Positions 61,783 through 64,000 of a stretch of 64,000 nt of DNA are shown here, piece after piece (position 1 is the stretch's first letter; each line of letters starts with the position of its first letter). Origin of the DNA: a bacterium (GTDB lineage: Bacteria > UBA9089 > JAHJRX01); contig JAHJRX010000062.1 of the NCBI GenBank assembly GCA_018830565.1, positions 2,324 through 66,323 on the forward strand. The letters are read 5' to 3'. Made by a program: the position numbers and the translations under genes. The notes beneath the pieces are model-generated. The model was not told the DNA's origin. It worked only from the letters and a program-made list of their open reading frames with translations, and ran no database searches.

Positions 61783-62796
61783 ATGAAAAGATATAATCTT
61801 GCTATTGTCGGGGCTACAGGAGCAGTTGGAAATCAGATGAAGAAGATCATAGAAGAACGTAACTTTCCCGTAGAAAAGTTATTTCTTTTTACGAGTAGTC
61901 GCTCGGCAGGAAAAATCTTAGAGTTTAAAGATGAACAAATTACTACCTTAGAACTCACGGTTGATTCTTTTAAAGACATAGAAATAGCCTTATTTTCTGC
62001 TGGAGCTAAGGTTTCCAAAGAATATGCTCCTTATGCGGTGAAAGAAGGTTGCTTGGTGATTGATAACAGTAGTGCTTTTAGAATGGAGAAAGATGTGCCT
62101 TTGGTTGTCCCAGAAGTAAATCCTTCTGATTTAAAGTGGCATCAAGGAATTATTGCTAATCCTAATTGTTCTACTATTCAAATGGTCATGGCTCTTAAGC
62201 CTCTTTATGATAAAGCAGGTATAAGAAGAATAGTAGTAAGTACCTATCAATCAACTTCTGGTACGGGATGGAAGGCCATGGTAGAGTTAAGGGAGCAATG
62301 CGAAGCGGTGATTAATCAAAAAGAAGTAAATATCCAAGTTTATCCTCACCAAATTGCTTTTAATCTTATTCCTCAAATTGGTGATTTTTTAGATAACGGG
62401 TATACCACAGAAGAGATCAAGATGGTTAATGAAACCAGGAAGATTTTAGGAGATGAAACTATTAATATTACCGCTACTACGGTTCGAGTTCCGGTCTTTA
62501 TTTCTCATAGTGAGGTAGTTAATGTGGAGCTGAAGCAAAAGCTAACCGTAGATGAAGTCAAAAGAATTTTGTCAAATATGCCTGGGGTGAAGGTGATAGA
62601 TAATTCCAAAAATTTGATGTATCCTCATCCTTTAATGGCTAAAAACACGGATGAGGTTTATGTAGGGCGGATTAGAGAAGATCTTTCTCATCCTCTGGGC
62701 ATTAATATGTGGATAGTAGCCGATAACTTAAGAAAAGGCGCCGCTTTAAATGCTGTTCAAATTGCAGAAAAGATGATTGAATTAAGATTAATTTAA
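61783..62796 (+). CDS. asd: Aspartate-semialdehyde dehydrogenase
   Basis: AIVGATGAVG N-terminus and the active-site region IANPNCSTIQM. Confidence 0.93.
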   Translation: MKRYNLAIVGATGAVGNQMKKIIEERNFPVEKLFLFTSSRSAGKILEFKDEQITTLELTVDSFKDIEIALFSAGAKVSKEYAPYAVKEGCLVIDNSSAFRMEKDVPLVVPEVNPSDLKWHQGIIANPNCSTIQMVMALKPLYDKAGIRRIVVSTYQSTSGTGWKAMVELREQCEAVINQKEVNIQVYPHQIAFNLIPQIGDFLDNGYTTEEIKMVNETRKILGDETINITATTVRVPVFISHSEVVNVELKQKLTVDEVKRILSNMPGVKVIDNSKNLMYPHPLMAKNTDEVYVGRIREDLSHPLGINMWIVADNLRKGAALNAVQIAEKMIELRLI

Positions 62797-62964
62797 TCGC
62801 AATCATTTGCTTGCTTAAGTCTTCGTAATGTTGTTTGAGATTATAATCTCACCTCTTGAAATTTATCCTAAAATAATGCATAATTTAAAGTAAGCATTTA
62901 GCTATCAGTTAATAAAAATAACTGATAGCTGATAGTCGAAGGTTTACTTTAATAGAATAGGAGA

Positions 62965-64000
62965 ATGAAATTGAGAGAAACAGAAAAAACAGAGAATAAA
63001 GAAAGTGAACAAATTGCTAAATCTAAAGAAGATTTCATAGACAAAAACTTGCATGATTTTTTAATTATCAATAAAGTCAATAAGATTATGTTTGCTTTTT
63101 TAGATTATCAAGAAGTTATTGAGGCTATTATCGCCATAACTAATGAGGTTATTGATGTTCAAGCTGTATCTATAATTATCAAAGATAGTCAAAAAGTAAG
63201 GATTACTTTATCGGTAAGTGATATTTTAGATAAAAGACTCATAGAGAAATTTAAAATTTTATCATTAAGTTCTTTTGGCGAAAAAGAGAGAGTAAAAATA
63301 GAATTAGATGAAGTAGAAGTTATTTTAAAAGAAAATCCTTTAAGGGCAGGTAAGGATAATGGAGATGAATTTAATTCTTTTTACTATGTCCCTATTGTGA
63401 TTGCAGAAGATACTTTTGGTTTTTTAACTATTGGTAGTTTAGAAAAAGAGGCATTTAGCCCCGAAGATCTAAGGTGTTTGTCAATATTAGGTACTTACTC
63501 TTCTGTGGCTATTGGTAATTCTATCTTACGAGATAAGATTAAAGAGCTTACTATCGTAGATGGTCTTACCGGTGTTTACACCTATGGTTACATTAGAGAA
63601 GCATTAAGAAGAGAAGTTAGAAGAGCGGAGAGATATAATTCTTCTTTTTCTTTTCTAATAATGGATATAGATAATTTTAAAGAGATTAATAAATCTTACG
63701 GGTACTTAGAAGGAGATCGAGTTCTGAAGATGTTAGGTCTGGAGATAAAAGATAAGATTATTAGAGAGATTGATATAATAGCTCGATACGGAGGAGAAAA
63801 GTTTGCTATTATCTTACCTGAAACTAATAAAACCAGAGCGATGGTGGTAGCAGAAAGGATAAGATCTCAAATTGAACTAAAAGAAATTTACATAGGAAAG
63901 GTTAATCTTAAGGTTACTGTAAGTATAGGAGTATCAGAATTTCCTACCGATGCGGGTAGCGAAGCAGAAATGGTTAATATGGCTAATTTTGCTTTATTAA
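62965..64000 (+). CDS. GAF-like sensor / GGDEF-domain protein, 3-prime partial, with a degenerate GGEKF signature
   Basis: The frame is open from the ATG at 62965 (or TTG at 62971) to the window edge. It contains DGLTGVYTYGY, a RYGGEKFAII signature and VSIGVSEFP. It is absent from the ORF track because it has no stop in the window. Confidence 0.75.
   Translation, partial: MKLRETEKTENKESEQIAKSKEDFIDKNLHDFLIINKVNKIMFAFLDYQEVIEAIIAITNEVIDVQAVSIIIKDSQKVRITLSVSDILDKRLIEKFKILSLSSFGEKERVKIELDEVEVILKENPLRAGKDNGDEFNSFYYVPIVIAEDTFGFLTIGSLEKEAFSPEDLRCLSILGTYSSVAIGNSILRDKIKELTIVDGLTGVYTYGYIREALRREVRRAERYNSSFSFLIMDIDNFKEINKSYGYLEGDRVLKMLGLEIKDKIIREIDIIARYGGEKFAIILPETNKTRAMVVAERIRSQIELKEIYIGKVNLKVTVSIGVSEFPTDAGSEAEMVNMANFALL

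Overview
This is an AT-rich chromosomal segment (roughly one-third G+C by eye) from a diderm bacterium, probably an uncultivated lineage; several proteins end in the aromatic residue typical of outer-membrane barrels. The content is mostly housekeeping. It includes the replication neighbourhood (dnaA, dnaN, recF, DUF721, DUF370, gyrB, pabB/pabC-like genes, gyrA, nadC, coaX) and groES-groEL. It also holds a compact seven-gene futalosine-type menaquinone cluster (UbiD-like, UbiA-like, ubiX, mqnE, mqnA, mqnC, menG/ubiE) and an ilvB-ilvN-ilvC-leuA-leuC-leuD-leuB-asd operon. Other genes are ilvD-panD, rmuC, trxA, def, a MacB/Lol-like ABC cluster with LolA-like and outer-membrane genes, a T9SS-style surface protein next to a PorV-like barrel, and comEA. 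I recognised no rRNA, tRNA, CRISPR array, integrase or transposase gene. The accessory signal lies mostly in non-coding DNA. (1) A 180-212 bp ORF-less element with TATGCAAT termini and TA target duplications occurs three times. Its G+C-rich core is bracketed by inverted 16-mers and sits in opposite orientation in one copy. (2) A second MITE family of about 115 bp has six copies, one of which carries a nested insertion of the first element. (3) Short tandem duplications of gene junctions recur (stop codon plus start codon), including a 49-bp unit repeated five times between def and a radical SAM gene. (4) The best DnaA-box cluster, with AT-rich 13-mer repeats, lies between groES and coaX, about 12 kb from dnaA. 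(5) A block of about 9 kb (21.8-31.0 kb) is visibly G+C-richer. It encodes two-component signalling proteins, a porin and an ABC-F protein, and its intergenic spacers are long palindromes built from tandem 7-9-mers. All family assignments come from motif recognition by eye, not from searches.
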